Below, one piece after another: positions 38,010-51,060 of a DNA stretch of 64,000 bases (position 1 is its first letter; each line of letters opens with the position of its first letter). A program made the translations under genes and the position numbers. Below the pieces are notes generated by a model. That model did not search any database. It saw only the letters and a program-made list of their open reading frames with translations, and had not been told where the DNA came from. The stretch lies in NCBI RefSeq assembly GCF_006345805.1, contig NC_042999.1:79546001-79610000 (forward strand), given 5' to 3'. The stretch comes from Octopus sinensis. Lineage: Eukaryota.

Positions 38010-39039
38010 CTCTCTATATAAACGGCAGTTTGTCTGTGCGTGTTTCTGTGTGTCTGTTTTCTTGTACCCTCACTCTGACCACGGCTTTCAACCGATTCTG
38101 ATGAAACTTGACACATACATAGCCCAATGTCATAATTCAAAACTAACGCAGCGAGAATTTTGAAAAGTTCCCCCAGTTCTGAAAAAAATTGATAAATTCG
38201 ACATGGGGTCGAGAATCAGAAACACGAACCACAGACTATCTAGGGGACGCAACTCGAGAATCTAAGCTTTTTTTATGCAACGCATTATCTATGGTAGTTT
38301 TCACAACTTGCAATCGATTTTCACCAAACTCATGGTGAAGCTTAATGTTACCCTAAGATACTCAATTCTGACGTTAGTTTTCCATGCAATACCTTACCAT
38401 CAGAAACAATCGATAAAATCATGCCCTTTTGGGAAATCGCGTTCAAATTCAAGATGACATATTTTCGACAATATCTTTCACAAATTGGCAGGAATTATTT
38501 TTTTATTCACAACGAGCATCATGTCTGCTCCAAGGAGCTATATAGCCCTTTTTATTCCAATAGGATACATTATTGGAAAAAATCGGTTAATTTTAATCAT
38601 ATGTGGCACACATAGCAAACAAATTTGTGTATTAAACACAAACCAGACTGTCTAGGGGACGCAACTTGACCTTTTTAGCTATCGATAATTCGATCCAACC
38701 AATTCCTACCAGGAAGAAATTACATTCGAGACTTTACCCCCAACACCGCCACTTCTGCTAATAGCTGCTGCAGCCGCAAGTTATTCGAATACTTTTTTTG
38801 TTTACACTTTCTTTATAACTACCACCCCAAACGTTTTACCTTCAATTTTTGACGTACCCTAACGGTCCTCGGACGCTACTTGCAAACTCTTGGTTTATTA
38901 TAAACCACTTTTGTCGTGTGCATCAAAAAAACTTTTCCTTTCGTTTGTTCAGTTTGATCGCTTTTGACTTTTTCGTTGTTGTCACTCACATTGCTGCCCG
39001 CTTTTTGGCCGCTTTTGTACATTTTTATACATTTTCGGA

Positions 39040-39161
39040 TACTTACCCCACGAGCTCCTTTTTATTACACCTTTACCAAACACATTGCTATCCACCAAAA
39101 TACTTACCCCACGTGTTCCTTTTTATTACACCTTTGCCAAACACATTGCTATCCACCAAAA
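39040..39161 (+). repeat. 61-bp tandem duplication immediately upstream of the RepHel ATG
   Basis: TACTTACCCCACG...ACACATTGCTATCCACCAAAA occurs at 39040-39100 and 39101-39161; the last A is the A of ATGCCACCC. Confidence 0.9.
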
Positions 39162-42100
39162 TGCCACCCAAGAAGAGAATGACCCTCCTCAGCCCTCGGA
39201 CGGCCAAGGCATCGGCTGCTAGGGCTAGAAGGGCACGCGAGACCCACGAGGAAACCGCCTTGCGCCTCTCGCAAACAGCTTCCCGTTATGCCGCTGCTCA
39301 GGCATCTGAAACTACTAGCGACCGTTCTATCCGACTTGCAAGGGTCGCAGCGTACAGATCTTCCCTCCGCTCGAGGTTGACGAAAGAGCAACAGTCCAGC
39401 CAAAACATGCGGGCTTCTTACTGTGCTTCCATCCGCAGAGCTCGCGAGAACCCCGAACAAAGGGCCATTCGGAATGCGGCTAACGCCACTAGCACCGCCA
39501 GGACACGATCTGTCGAAACCTCACAGCAGAGGAGAACTCGCCAAGATGCTGACGCCGCAAACAAAGCCATAGCCCAAGCTGCCGAAACACCTCAACAGAG
39601 GAGAGCTCGCCAAGCTGCTAACGCCGCAAACACAGCCACGGCTCGATCTGCCGAAACTCCACACCAACGAACTATTCGGACATCCAGACATGCCATTAAC
39701 ACTGCTTCTGCTAGGGCTTCACAGGGTGCTGAGGCGAGAGCTGAAAGGCTTTCAAGGGATGCCACTGCTACCGCTGTCGCACGTGCGTCTGAATCTGCTG
39801 AGGCACGGTGCACTCGACTTGAGAGTATCAACAAACGTCGGGATATCATTCGTGGTGTACGTACCCCTGCCCCCGCTTTCTGGTTGTCACTAGCATTCAA
39901 CTACGACGCCACAATTAACTTCTCCTTGCGTGACGACATCAAGATAGGGTCAATGACAATTGTATGCCAGTTTTGCAAAGCCAAGATATGGCACGGAGAG
40001 CCACCTGGTTTGTGCTGCTCTGGTGGCAAAGTGGACCTGCCACCCCTACGGGAACCACCTCAACCACTGAAGGATCTCGCGGCGGGTTTAACCCCGAATC
40101 GTCACAATTCCTTAAAATAATTCGAAAGTACAACTGCTCATTCCAAATGACCTCTTTCGGGCCAAAATTCCTCCCTGAGAAGGCTGGATGCCTACTTTCA
40201 AAGTGCAGGGACAGGTCTACCATCTTATTGGGTCACTTCTGCCTGACGAGATTCAGCAGTCTTCTTTCCTCCAAATATGTTAAAGACTCCGCCGGTTACG
40301 ACGACGAGGGTCCCAGCTGATACGATCAACGGAACAGCTTGCTCGTGAAATTAACGTGCAAATGGCTGAGCATTCCACAGACACGTGTACCCTTAACGTA
40401 GTTCTCGGGGATAATCAGCGTGACACAGAGAGTGACAAGGCTGACCCTTTGAAATACAAGTACAACTCATTTTTGCCAGCTGAGTGGACTGGAGCAACGT
40501 GAAATAAAGTGTCTTGCTCAAGGACACAACGCGTCGCCGGGAATCGGACTCACAACCTTACGATCATGAGCCGAATGCCCTAACCACTAAGCCACGCGCC
40601 CTCACCCCCCAAATATACTTCATTGCCGACTACAACCACCAGGTTGATGCACGCCTTGGAATAATACCGGGTACAAGCTATGTTCCCCGCAAAGACATTC
40701 TTCTCCGTCTCCAAACTATGCTTCATGATATCAATAGCTACGTCTGCAGCTTCAAATATGCCTTGGACAGTGCTCCATCTCCAAACTTCACCGTTGTCAT
40801 TGATGCTGATAAACGACCCCACGGGGAGCACGAACGCCGTTTCAACGCACCTGCGTGCAACGAAATTGCCGCAGTCATACACGGAGAGCAACACAACAGC
40901 CGTGACATAATCATCTCCTCCCGTGGTAACAACCTACACAGGATCAGCGAGACTCACAGATCTTATGACGCCCTTCAGTATCCATTGCTTTTCCCTTCGG
41001 AATTCCTTTACGGCAGCCCTCCAATCAAACTACTGCGGCATCAAAGACGGTTTCCTGCAGGGCGTTCTACTCATATCGGTTCATGGTCAGGGAGGGTGGG
41101 TTCAGCTTATTGCCCCGTTGTCGTCAGCTATTCAACCAGTTCGCCGTCGACATGGCCGCAAAAATGGAATCGGAAAGGCTGCTATACATTAAACTTAATC
41201 AGACCAAACTTCGCTCCGACTCCTACATTCATCTCCGTGACGGTTTGCATCAAGAAAATGACCCTCGCAACATCGGCAAGCCATGCATTCTACCCTCCAC
41301 CTTCACGGGAGGACCGCGATATATGCGTGAAAGGACCCAAGACGCCTTGACCTACGTGCGCATTTACGGCCGGCCGGACCTCTTTATCACCTACACGTGC
41401 AATCCCAGCTGCGACGAAATCACTCGCGAACTCCTCCGGGTCAATCTCACACACATCGACACGACATCGTTGCTAGGGTTTTCCGTCTGAATTTGGGCAA
41501 AATGAAGGATTTGATAGTTAAGGGTCAGATTTTCGGGCATATCAGGTGCCACATGTTTTCGGTCGAGTGGCAAAAGAGGGGCTTGCCACATGCTCACATC
41601 TTAATTTGGCTCACTCATAAAATCGAGACTAATGACATTGATAAATTCATTTCCGCCGAGATTCCTGACCCCGATGAGGACCCCGGACTCTACGAAATTG
41701 TCCACACTACCATGGTACACGGGCCCTGTGGACCAAATTACGCCAACACACCATGCTACAAAAACGGATTAGCCTGTTCAAAGGGATTCCCTAAACGGTT
41801 CACTTTGGAGACTCAAACAGGCGGCGATGGGTATCCGCTGTACAAACGAAGGAGTCCAGCCAATGGAGGCCGCACGATTACGGTTGGGCGACATCAAGTG
41901 GACAATAGCTACATTGTCCCCTACTGTCCTCTCCTGTCGAAGATATTCAAAGCCCACGTCAACGTTGAGTTCTGCAGCTCCATCAGGTCAATACAATATG
42001 TCTGCAAATATATCAACAAAGGCAGCGATGCTGCCATGTTCAGCATCCAGAGGACCACCAGTCGCGACGAAGTGTCCAACTACTTGGCTGGCCGGTACCT

Positions 42101-44344
42101 CAGCAGCAACGAAGCGTTTTGGCGCATTTACGGCTTCCCGCTCCATCAGAGACACCCGGCTGTGGTGCAGCTTGCTGTACACTTGGAAAATGGACAGCGG
42201 ATTTACTTCACAGAGCAAAGTGCTGTGCAGATAGCCACCAGCCCTAAAGACACAACGTTGACTGGTTTCTTCAAATTATGCCAACGTGATGACTTCGCTC
42301 GAACGCTTTTGTACCCACAGGTCCCATCGTACTTCGTGTGGTCTAAAAACACCTGGGTTCGACGGAAATCCGGCAAAAACGTCGAAAGCTTCCCAGGCAT
42401 CAAGTTTGACTCCTGCCTGGGTCGAGTTTACAACATCCCGCCAAACCAGCAAGAATGCTTCTACCTCCGTCTCCTTCTACATGAGGTCACTGGTCCAACA
42501 GGTTTCGCCAATATACGTACCGTCAATGGGGTTCTGTGCGACACCTTCAGGGAAGCATGTTTGAGACTTGGCCTTCTAGAGGATGACTCCCAGTGGGACG
42601 CCACGATGGCAGAGGGCGCTTTACTGCAAACGCATTCGGCCCTACGACATCTTTTCGCAATCCTTCTTCAAAAATGTCAGCTTAGTGATCCACTAAGTCT
42701 CTGGATGAAATACAGGGATGACATGTCGCATGACTTCTTACGTACGGCTCAGCAACACTGCCCTTCCGCCGAGATCACGTTCACAACTTCATTTACAATT
42801 TTGCGCTCATTCAACTCGAAGACGCTGTCATCGATATGGGTGGGTCTGCTTTAACAGAGTACGGCCTTCCACCACCCACACGTGAACACGCCAATGTTAT
42901 GTCTGCTGAATTGTTACGCGAAACTTCCTACTGCATTGAGGAACTGCACCAGTACGTCCAAGATAATGAACCACGGCTGCTTCCAGACCAGCGCATAGCC
43001 TACAACACCATCGTAGACTCTGTCAGACAGCAACGTGGGGGGATTTTCTTCCTTGATGCACCCGGCGGCACTGGCAAAACCTTCGTCACTAAACTAATTC
43101 TTGCGGAGGTCAGACGCAACACGGACATTGCCCTGGCTGTAGCTTCCTCTGGTATCGCGGCCATGTTGCTTCCGGGTGGTAGAACCGCCCACTCTGCCTT
43201 CAGACTCCCGCTCGATCTGGCAAAGTCCGAGTCACCTATCTGCAACATCGCCAAGAACTCAGAACAGGCCGACATTCTGCGCAGATGCAAACTCATCGTA
43301 TGGGACGAGTGCACTATGGCACACAAAGATGCCCTTGAGGCACTGGACAGGTCCCTGCAAGACATCAGAGACTCTACGGCCCCCATGGGAGGATTAACTT
43401 TACTTCTTTCAGGAGACTTCAGGCAGACTCTACCTGTTATTCCAAAAGGAACCCGTGCCGATGCCGTGCGCGCGTGCCTTAAGTCGTCAGCTCTTTGGGC
43501 ACATGTGCGGCCCTTGCACCTCCAAACTAACATGCGCGCGCAGTTAATTGGTGACAGCGGATCCGCTGCATTCTCCAGGGACCTCTTATCGCTCGGTGAA
43601 AATAGGATGCTGTCTGATGCGGATGGCTACGTTCAATTGGACTCACTTTGCACCATTGTCGACACCCCTGCTAGCCTCCGGGACGCTGTCTTCCACGACC
43701 TACAAAACAATTTACGCGACCTAAAATGGCTGGCAGGCAGAGCTATTCTCGGACCCAAAAATACAACCGTCAACTCCATCAATATCCAGCTACTTGAAGC
43801 TATTCCTGGTGATGTTCACGTCTACAAATCTATAGATAGGACAGCAGACCCCGCACAGCTTGCCGATTATCCTGTTGAATTCCTGAATTCACTTGAACCG
43901 CCAAGCCTGCCGCCACACATCCTGAAGTTAAAAGTCGGTGCGCCCATTATGCTCGTCAGGAATTTGGTTCCACCTAAACAGAGCAACGGCACACGTTTGG
44001 TTGTGAAACATTTGGCACCACATTTAATAACGGCCACAATACTTACCGGTTGTGGGAAGGGAGAGGACGTCTTTATTCCACGGATGCACCTTCAACCGTC
44101 GGGCGCTGACCTACCAATCCACTTCAGGCGTTCTCAGTTTCCTGTTAAACTCTGTTTCGCAATGTCCATCAATAAATCCCAAGGCCAAACGCTACAAGTC
44201 GCTAGGTTACATTTGGGCGAACATTGCTTCGCCCACGGTCAACTCTACGTGGGCTGTTCATGCGTTGGGAGTCGCAATGATGTTTTCATGTTTTCGCCCA
44301 AACGGACAGCTAGGAACATCGTATATACAGAAGTATTCCAGTGA
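39161..44344 (+). pseudogene. Helitron RepHel (HUH/Y2 Rep plus PIF1-type SF1B helicase), disrupted
   Basis: Starts MPPKKR, then an Ala/Arg/Gln repeat region and the Cys motif CQFCKAKIWHGEPPGLCC. Rep motifs PDLFITYTCNP, VEWQKRGLPHAHILI and YVCKYINKG. Helicase motifs DAPGGTGKT, VWDECTM, GDFRQTLPV, FAMSINKSQGQT. Frame breaks near 40093, 40175, 40995, 41433 and 42785, plus a SINE insertion. Confidence 0.93.
40279..40605 (-). mobile_element. tRNA-derived SINE family D inserted into the Helitron ORF
   Basis: The reverse complement starts GTGAGGGCGCGTGGCTTAGTGGTTAG with GAGTCCGATTCCC and TCCTTGAGCAAGACACTT. TSD CCTCCAAATAT (40268-40278) / CCCCCAAATAT (40606-40616). Excision restores F-L-Q-I-Y-F-I-A-D-Y. 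Confidence 0.92.
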
Positions 44345-44732
44345 AGACAAGACATTGCAACGTCCACATGCACCTTCGTTCCCTGGAGAGAAAGGACTAC
44401 ATTGGGATTAGTCGTTGCCTACTAGGGGCTCTTACATACCCGGGCAACGCCGGGCTATGCTGCTAGTATATATATATATGGAAGTACGCATATGTATTTA
44501 GGTATATTCGCGTGGTCATGACGACTTGCTATATTTCTCAGACCTGGAGCAATAAATACAAAAGATTCAAAAGATAACTGGAAAAATAAAAATAATGCAA
44601 GAATAACATACAATGAAAAAAATTATAAAAATTAAGCATGCTATAGAAGTTAAGATAAAATATACATAATATTCATCCATATATATATATATATATTATA
44701 TATAGATATATATATATATATATATCTGTATG

Positions 44733-44793
<61 letters not shown>

Positions 44794-45590
44794 GTGTGTA
44801 TGTATGTATATATATATATATATTATATACATACACATGCACATGTGTTTGTGTATGCATATAGGCATTCCTACGCATGTATGTATGTATGTATTTGTTT
44901 ATTAGTTTTCATTTATTATAGTACCTTTCCCCGTACCCCCTGAAACACCGTATTTTTATACTTGGACTTTTAGGAAAGGGGTCAGGTGAGAAATTGCAAT
45001 AAATAAATAAATAAATAAATAGATAAATAAATAAATGAAAGAAGAAAGAAGAGAAAAATAGAAAGAAAGAAAGAAAACAACGGATTAAGGCAGCCACTAG
45101 CAACGTATCAATCACAGTGCTAAAGTAAAACATTCAACGTGAAACAGCAAACGTCTAACAACAACAACAACAACAACATAACAACAGCAACAGCAGCAAC
45201 AACAAAAACAAGTACACCGACGGAAACGACAGCCGTACCAATAATAAATGATAATAAACAGATAGATTGTCACCTCAGTTTAAACCGAATTATAGTTTTA
45301 TGCTTTCGCAGCGATCATTTTCACCTCTTTCTTCCCTTCTTCCTTTGCTTTGTATAATGACTTTTTTTTTGCTCATTGTATTTATTGTATTTTACATGTT
45401 TCAATCATTAGACTGCGTCCATGTTGAGGCACCGTCATTTTCTTTCATCAGCGTGCGAGTCGAGTGTTAGACTCAACAGAGTATCGATTTAAATACCTTT
45501 GATGTATTTAGTTACAACCCCTTAGATTCCAGGTTCCTTTCTGCCAGTTAATCGCCTTAAATCTAATCTTAATAAAAATATGATTATTAT

Positions 45591-46035
45591 AAGGCGGCGA
45601 GCTGGCAGAATCATTAGCCCACCGGTCAATATGCTTAGCAGCATTTCGTTCGTCTTTCGTTCTGAGTTCAAATTCCGCTGAGATTAACTTTGCCTTTCAT
45701 CCCTTCGGGGTCGATAAAATGAGTACCAGCTGAGCATTGAGGTCGATTACATCGACATATCCCCTCCCCCCAAATTACTGGTCTTGTGCCAAAATTTGAA
45801 ATCAATATGTACCTAAGGCGGCGAGCAGTCAGAATTGTTGGCACGCCGGGAAAAATGCTTAGCAACATTTCGTCCGCCTCTATACGTTCTGATTTCAAAT
45901 CCTGCCGAAGTCAACTTTGCCTTTCATCCTTTCGGGGTCGATAAAATCAGTGCTAGTTGAGCATAGAGGTCGATTAATTGACTTATCCCACCACCCGAAC
46001 TTGCAGACCTTGAGTCAAAATTTGAAACCAATATT
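45591..46035 (+). mobile_element. Two tandem family A SINEs (45591-45808 and 45815-46035)
   Basis: Each begins AAGGCGGCGAGC and ends with the TTGTGCCAAAATTTGAAA(T/C)CAAT-type tail. Confidence 0.85.
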
Positions 46036-46253
46036 AAATATGAAATGACAGTCAGTAATGTCTTCAATACTAGGCCTGGCTCGTCAGTATTCAAAAGGAC
46101 CAAACGAAGACACAAATTGTACACACTTTTAGTGCAATGGTCTATTAACCTCATACACAAATATACATACATACATATACACACACATACTTATATACTT
46201 AACTACCTCTTTAACTCACTCCCTACATATATACATAAATACATACATATATA

Positions 46254-46978
46254 CGAAGAAGTATCAAAAAGTCCCTGGACTAGTCCTGTTCCGCGCCAAC
46301 AGATGGCAGCGCACGTTTGTGCTAGGTGTGACCTTTTCGAGGCAGTGTGCTGAATGATATCGCCGTTTTTACTTCGCAAGTTGTGAAATTTGTGTTTTGG
46401 TGATCGTGTATATATTGCAGTCTGCGATTTTGTCATGGACAGGAATTTGGAAAAAAGAGCCAAGTTGAAATTTTGCGTTAATCTTGGGAAGTCTGCTACA
46501 GAAACATTGAACTTGATTCGACGAGCTTACAGTGACGCGAAAATGGGTCGCAGTTTTCTACTGCGACGTTTTAAAGCGTTTAGGAAGGACATCCGAAGAA
46601 AGCGACCGGATATGTGCAGCGCAAAGAACTAGATTTTTCACAACGAGAATGTACCCTGTCACCGAGCTCCCCTCACTCGCGAGTTTCTCTCCAAAAATAA
46701 GGCATTACTTACGCACACGCCCTATTCGCCAGATTTAGCACCTGTGGACTACCATCTCTTCCCTAAGATGAAAATGCAGCTCAAAGGACGTCATTTTAAT
46801 ACCGTTGTCTAGATTCAAAGCGAATCACAAGTCCTCTAATCGCTTGCGAATTCCAGGCCGGATTCGATAAATTGGCAGAAACGCTGGGAACGGTATATTG
46901 CTGAGCAAGGGGATTATTTCGAAGGAGATGATGTTAAAACTTAGGTAAATAACTAGTCCTGGAAATCTTTGATACCAC

Positions 46979-46982
<4 letters not shown>
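46254..46982 (+). mobile_element. Internally deleted mariner element
   Basis: TA TSDs and ~31-bp imperfect TIRs (CGAAGAAGTATCAAAAAGTCCCTGGACTAGT; right-end reverse complement AGAGGTGGTATCAAAGATTTCCAGGACTAGT). N-terminus MDRNLEKRAKLKFCVNLGKSATETL and the catalytic-end motif PYSPDLAPVDYHLFPKMK. Confidence 0.9.
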
Positions 46983-47070
<88 letters not shown>

Positions 47071-47648
47071 TCACGCACACACAAACACACACACAGCTAT
47101 AGGCATATATGCATATGGGAATATTAATTTTCACAAGAAACCGGTTGAAAGAGACTCGAAGTTTTGGGATCCCAGCCCTTATCATGATCCTTGATGATTG
47201 CTTGTAAGCCAAAATTTCAAAGTCACTATCAATCTTTGCCGTGTAAAGCATTAAATATTACTTCAGTTTAATGTTACTTTAAAAACAATACATGTGTATG
47301 TATGTATATATGTATGTATGCATATATACATACATACACACACACACATATGTATATATCATTCTATGTGTGTTTGAGTATGAATGTGTGAATATGTGTA
47401 TGCTCGCGTATGTGTGTGTGTGTATGTGTGTGCATGTGTGTATGTGTGGGAGATATATATGAAATTAAAGGCCAAGAGAGTTTTAGTATTCAAATATAGA
47501 TTAAATACAGACAGAGCGACACCTGTTATACAAACCATAAAGTTTTTCAAGTCATTATTTCAACGGCGATGTGATTAGGTATCAAGTTACAATGGTTATT
47601 AGTGTAATATGTATATACATACATACATATATATATATATAATATATA

Positions 47649-47697
<49 letters not shown>

Positions 47698-47776
47698 TAT
47701 GTATATATACATATGTATATATATATATATATATATATACACATACATATGTATATATATATATATACACATACAG

Positions 47777-47867
<91 letters not shown>

Positions 47868-47879
47868 GTGTATGCGAGC

Positions 47880-49006
47880 GTATGACCAGTGGTTAGGGTG
47901 TTGCACTCCCTCATTGGCACCAGATTGACTTCGTCATCTTCAGAAAGAATGATGTCAACACTGTGAAGCAAACAAGATCCTTCCACAGTGCAGACCGTAA
48001 CACAGATCATCTGTTGGTTATAGCCAAGGTAAAGCTGGTCACCAAGAAAACACAAAGAAACCTAAGATCAACACAAAAAACACACAAGATCCAGCGATGA
48101 TAACCAAATTTCAAGAATATGTTGAAGAACAGCTCCAAAACTTAGATAGCTCATCCCCTGACGACATGTGGAATAATATGAAATCAGCAATATATGATTC
48201 TGAGTCGAGGCCTTTGGAACGGATAGACTTTCCAAAGAGGACTGAATCGAAGGCAATGCATCAATATTAATACCATTACTTGAGAAAAAGTGCAAGATCT
48301 TCATAAAGCACAATAGAAAACCAACAGAAAGTATAAAGCAACAGCTACGTGCTGCAAAATCCAACCTTCAAAAAGAAACTAGAAAATGTACCAACCAGTA
48401 CTGGGATAAATTATGCTTAGAAATTCAACAGGCTAGTTACATCGGGAAAATGTATGAGAAGATTAGAATTGCTATCGGACCAACAGTGAGTAAAGTGGCA
48501 CCTCTCAAGTCTGCAACAGGTGACCAGCTGACGGACAATAAGAAACAAATGGAAAGATGGGTGGAACATGACTCTAAATTCTACACAGAGGAGCGAGATG
48601 TTGATAGACAGCTTGAAGAGGCCATTTCTCAGCTCCTTGAAATGACAGAACTTGATATATCACCAACGGAAGAAGAACTCTCCACTGCAATCGATGAACT
48701 TGCAGGCGGAAAAGCACCCGGAAATGACGATATACCTGCTGAAGTGTTGAAAGAAAACAAAGATGCCCTCATTCCACATTTATAAAAGTTACTAAAGATG
48801 TGTTGGTTGGAAGTAAAAATCCCACAGGATATGTGAGATCCCAAGATCATCACTCTCTACAAAAATAAAGGGGAAAAGGGAGATTGCAATAACTACAGAG
48901 GCATCTCACTTCTGAGCATCACTGGAAAAGCTTCTGCGAGGATCATTCTGAAACAACTTCAGAAGCTAGCAGAAAGAGTACTGCTAGAGATCCAGTGCGG
49001 TTTTAG
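47880..49006 (+). mobile_element. Decayed RTE-clade LINE, internal fragment (end of endonuclease to start of RT)
   Basis: [10 protein letters not shown]...[16 protein letters not shown]; ERWVEH; GKAPGNDDIPAEVLK; DPKIITLYKNKGEKGDCNNYRGISLLSITGK...QCGF. Confidence 0.9.
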
Positions 49007-49100
49007 TATCCATTCTTAGTAAACAAACCAACACCAGTTTTAGCGCTGGTGGTGGATAAATAAATACACGTGCACGCACATACACGCACATGCACACACA

Positions 49101-49138
<38 letters not shown>

Positions 49139-49224
49139 ACACACACACACACACACACAAACAAACAAACAAACACACGTACATGCATAAACAGTCACAC
49201 GCATATACATTTGATATATAATTA

Positions 49225-49390
49225 CATATACAACGGGCTTCAGTACAGTTTCCAACTAATATATTCACTCATAAAGCATTGGTCGGCGCGCGACTAATAT
49301 AGAACACATTTACTCTCAAGATGCTGCGCGGTGATATTGAACCCGAAACGAAGTGCTTGCAATGCGAGCTCCTTAGCTACTACATAAAGG
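49225..49390 (-). mobile_element. Diverged family B-like SINE head/core
   Basis: CAACGGGCTTCAGTACAGTTTCC...TTGGTCGGC...CAAGATGCTGCGCGGTGATATTGAACCCG. Confidence 0.6.
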
Positions 49391-49726
49391 TGGCAAGCAT
49401 CAATGATACAGACTAAGACGTGTGTCGAGGTAGGAGGAGAAATAGGGGGCGTACAAAGCATAAGACGAAGAGAAACTTCTGAAATGATTGTAAGGATCAA
49501 TTCTTGACTTTCATTTCCAGACATATTTTCACACAAATACTCCGCCCAAACATACATTGGTAACTCTCTCTTTCTCTCTCTCTCTATCTCCGTTTCTCTC
49601 TCACTCCCTCTCTCTGTCTCTCTCTCACATACACAACGCACATACGCGCGTGCACACATATGGGATATATAATATTATAATGGGTAATAGAAAGACTACG
49701 TTAATGGTGGTAAACTAGTCTTTATA

Positions 49727-49762
<36 letters not shown>

Positions 49763-49867
49763 CGTATACATACATATACTTATATCTATCTATCTATCTG
49801 TATATATATATATGCATATATATATATATGTATCTGTATATATATGTATACATATGCATATATATAC

Positions 49868-49898
<31 letters not shown>

Positions 49899-49954
49899 TA
49901 TATATATATATATATCTGTATATATATGCATATTTTTATATGCATATATATATA

Positions 49955-50022
<68 letters not shown>

Positions 50023-50783
50023 CATATATACATGCACACGCTCACGCACACACATATGTATATACATATGTAGAATACATATTACTATCATTCTCAATGG
50101 TCCTTAAACAGTGATAGCAATATCTTGCTTAATGAAGTCTTCGTTAATGAAAATTGAAGGTCTTTAGATACCTCAACGATTCTTTTAGTTGACAGTCATG
50201 AATTCATGTGCTCCCACTCAGTTGACAATTTTAGCTCTATGTGTTTGCGTATGTGAATGTGCACATGTGTTTATGTGTGTGTACGTGAGTGTGCGTGAAG
50301 GGTTATTGGCTACAATCTGAATAACGGTAGCGTTATTCGGTGCGACTAATAGTTTTAAATACCAAGAGAACTGCACAATAACTGAGGCACCTCTCCGCTG
50401 TTGTTGTAGTTGTTGTTGCTGTTTGAATCTAGATCAGCTTAAAAAAAATAAAGATATATGCATACTAAAGTCCTTACTGTGCCGTTTCTGTCTTTCCCCT
50501 TGAGCAGCATATTTTGTTTTGTTATATTTTACGTTGTAATACTGACCTGAGGTACACCGACAGATCTACGGAAATGATAATAAAGAAATAGGGGAATGGT
50601 TCCAATTCAGTGGTCTCTGCTCACCGCGTTTGTTAATTTGGTATATCTAGCAGTAAATATGTACCAGCCAGTATAAATAACGGAGCTGTTGTATAAAGAA
50701 TTGCTTTTTGATAAACAAAAACCATAACCGATGTGATTTTTAATGAATTAATGCTAATATTTATTGCCTCGACACAAGCATAT

Positions 50784-50820
<37 letters not shown>

Positions 50821-50869
50821 AATCTTTTCTACTTTAGGACCAAATGCCGAATTATCAACAAAAACAGCA

Positions 50870-51060
50870 GCAACAACAATAATGATTTCAAATTTTGACA
50901 CAAGGCCCACAATTTCGGGATAGATGTTAAGTCGATCACATCGAACCCACTGATCAACTGGTATTTATTTCATCGACCTGAAAGGATGAAAGGCAAGGTC
51001 GATTTCGACAGAATTCAGAACGTAATGTTGGAAGAAATGCCTCTAAGCATTTTGCTCGCT
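50870..51060 (-). mobile_element. Diverged family A SINE
   Basis: GATTTCAAATTTTGACACAAGGCC...CATCGACCTGAAAGGATGAAAGGCAAGGTCGA...CAGAACGTAA. Confidence 0.7.

Larger units (their letters stand above)
38009..44466 (+). mobile_element. Full-length, decayed autonomous Helitron
   Basis: 5' A|TC terminus (TCTCTCTATATAAACGGCAG, 38009). 3' GC hairpin CCCGGGCAACGCCGGG (44439-44454), then CTAG|T (44463-44466). No TSD; inserted in an AT run; encodes Rep/Helicase. Confidence 0.95.

Noticed and set aside
39039-39110. ATACTTACC motif resembling the U1 snRNA 5' end
   Set aside because: Only 9 nt match, with no U1 stem-loops or Sm site; it is part of the Helitron leader duplication.
38849-39160. N-terminal 104 aa of the 423-aa ORF as part of RepHel
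   Set aside because: It starts at a non-ATG codon and runs through a T-rich leader and a 61-bp duplication; MPPKKR at 39161 is the more plausible start.
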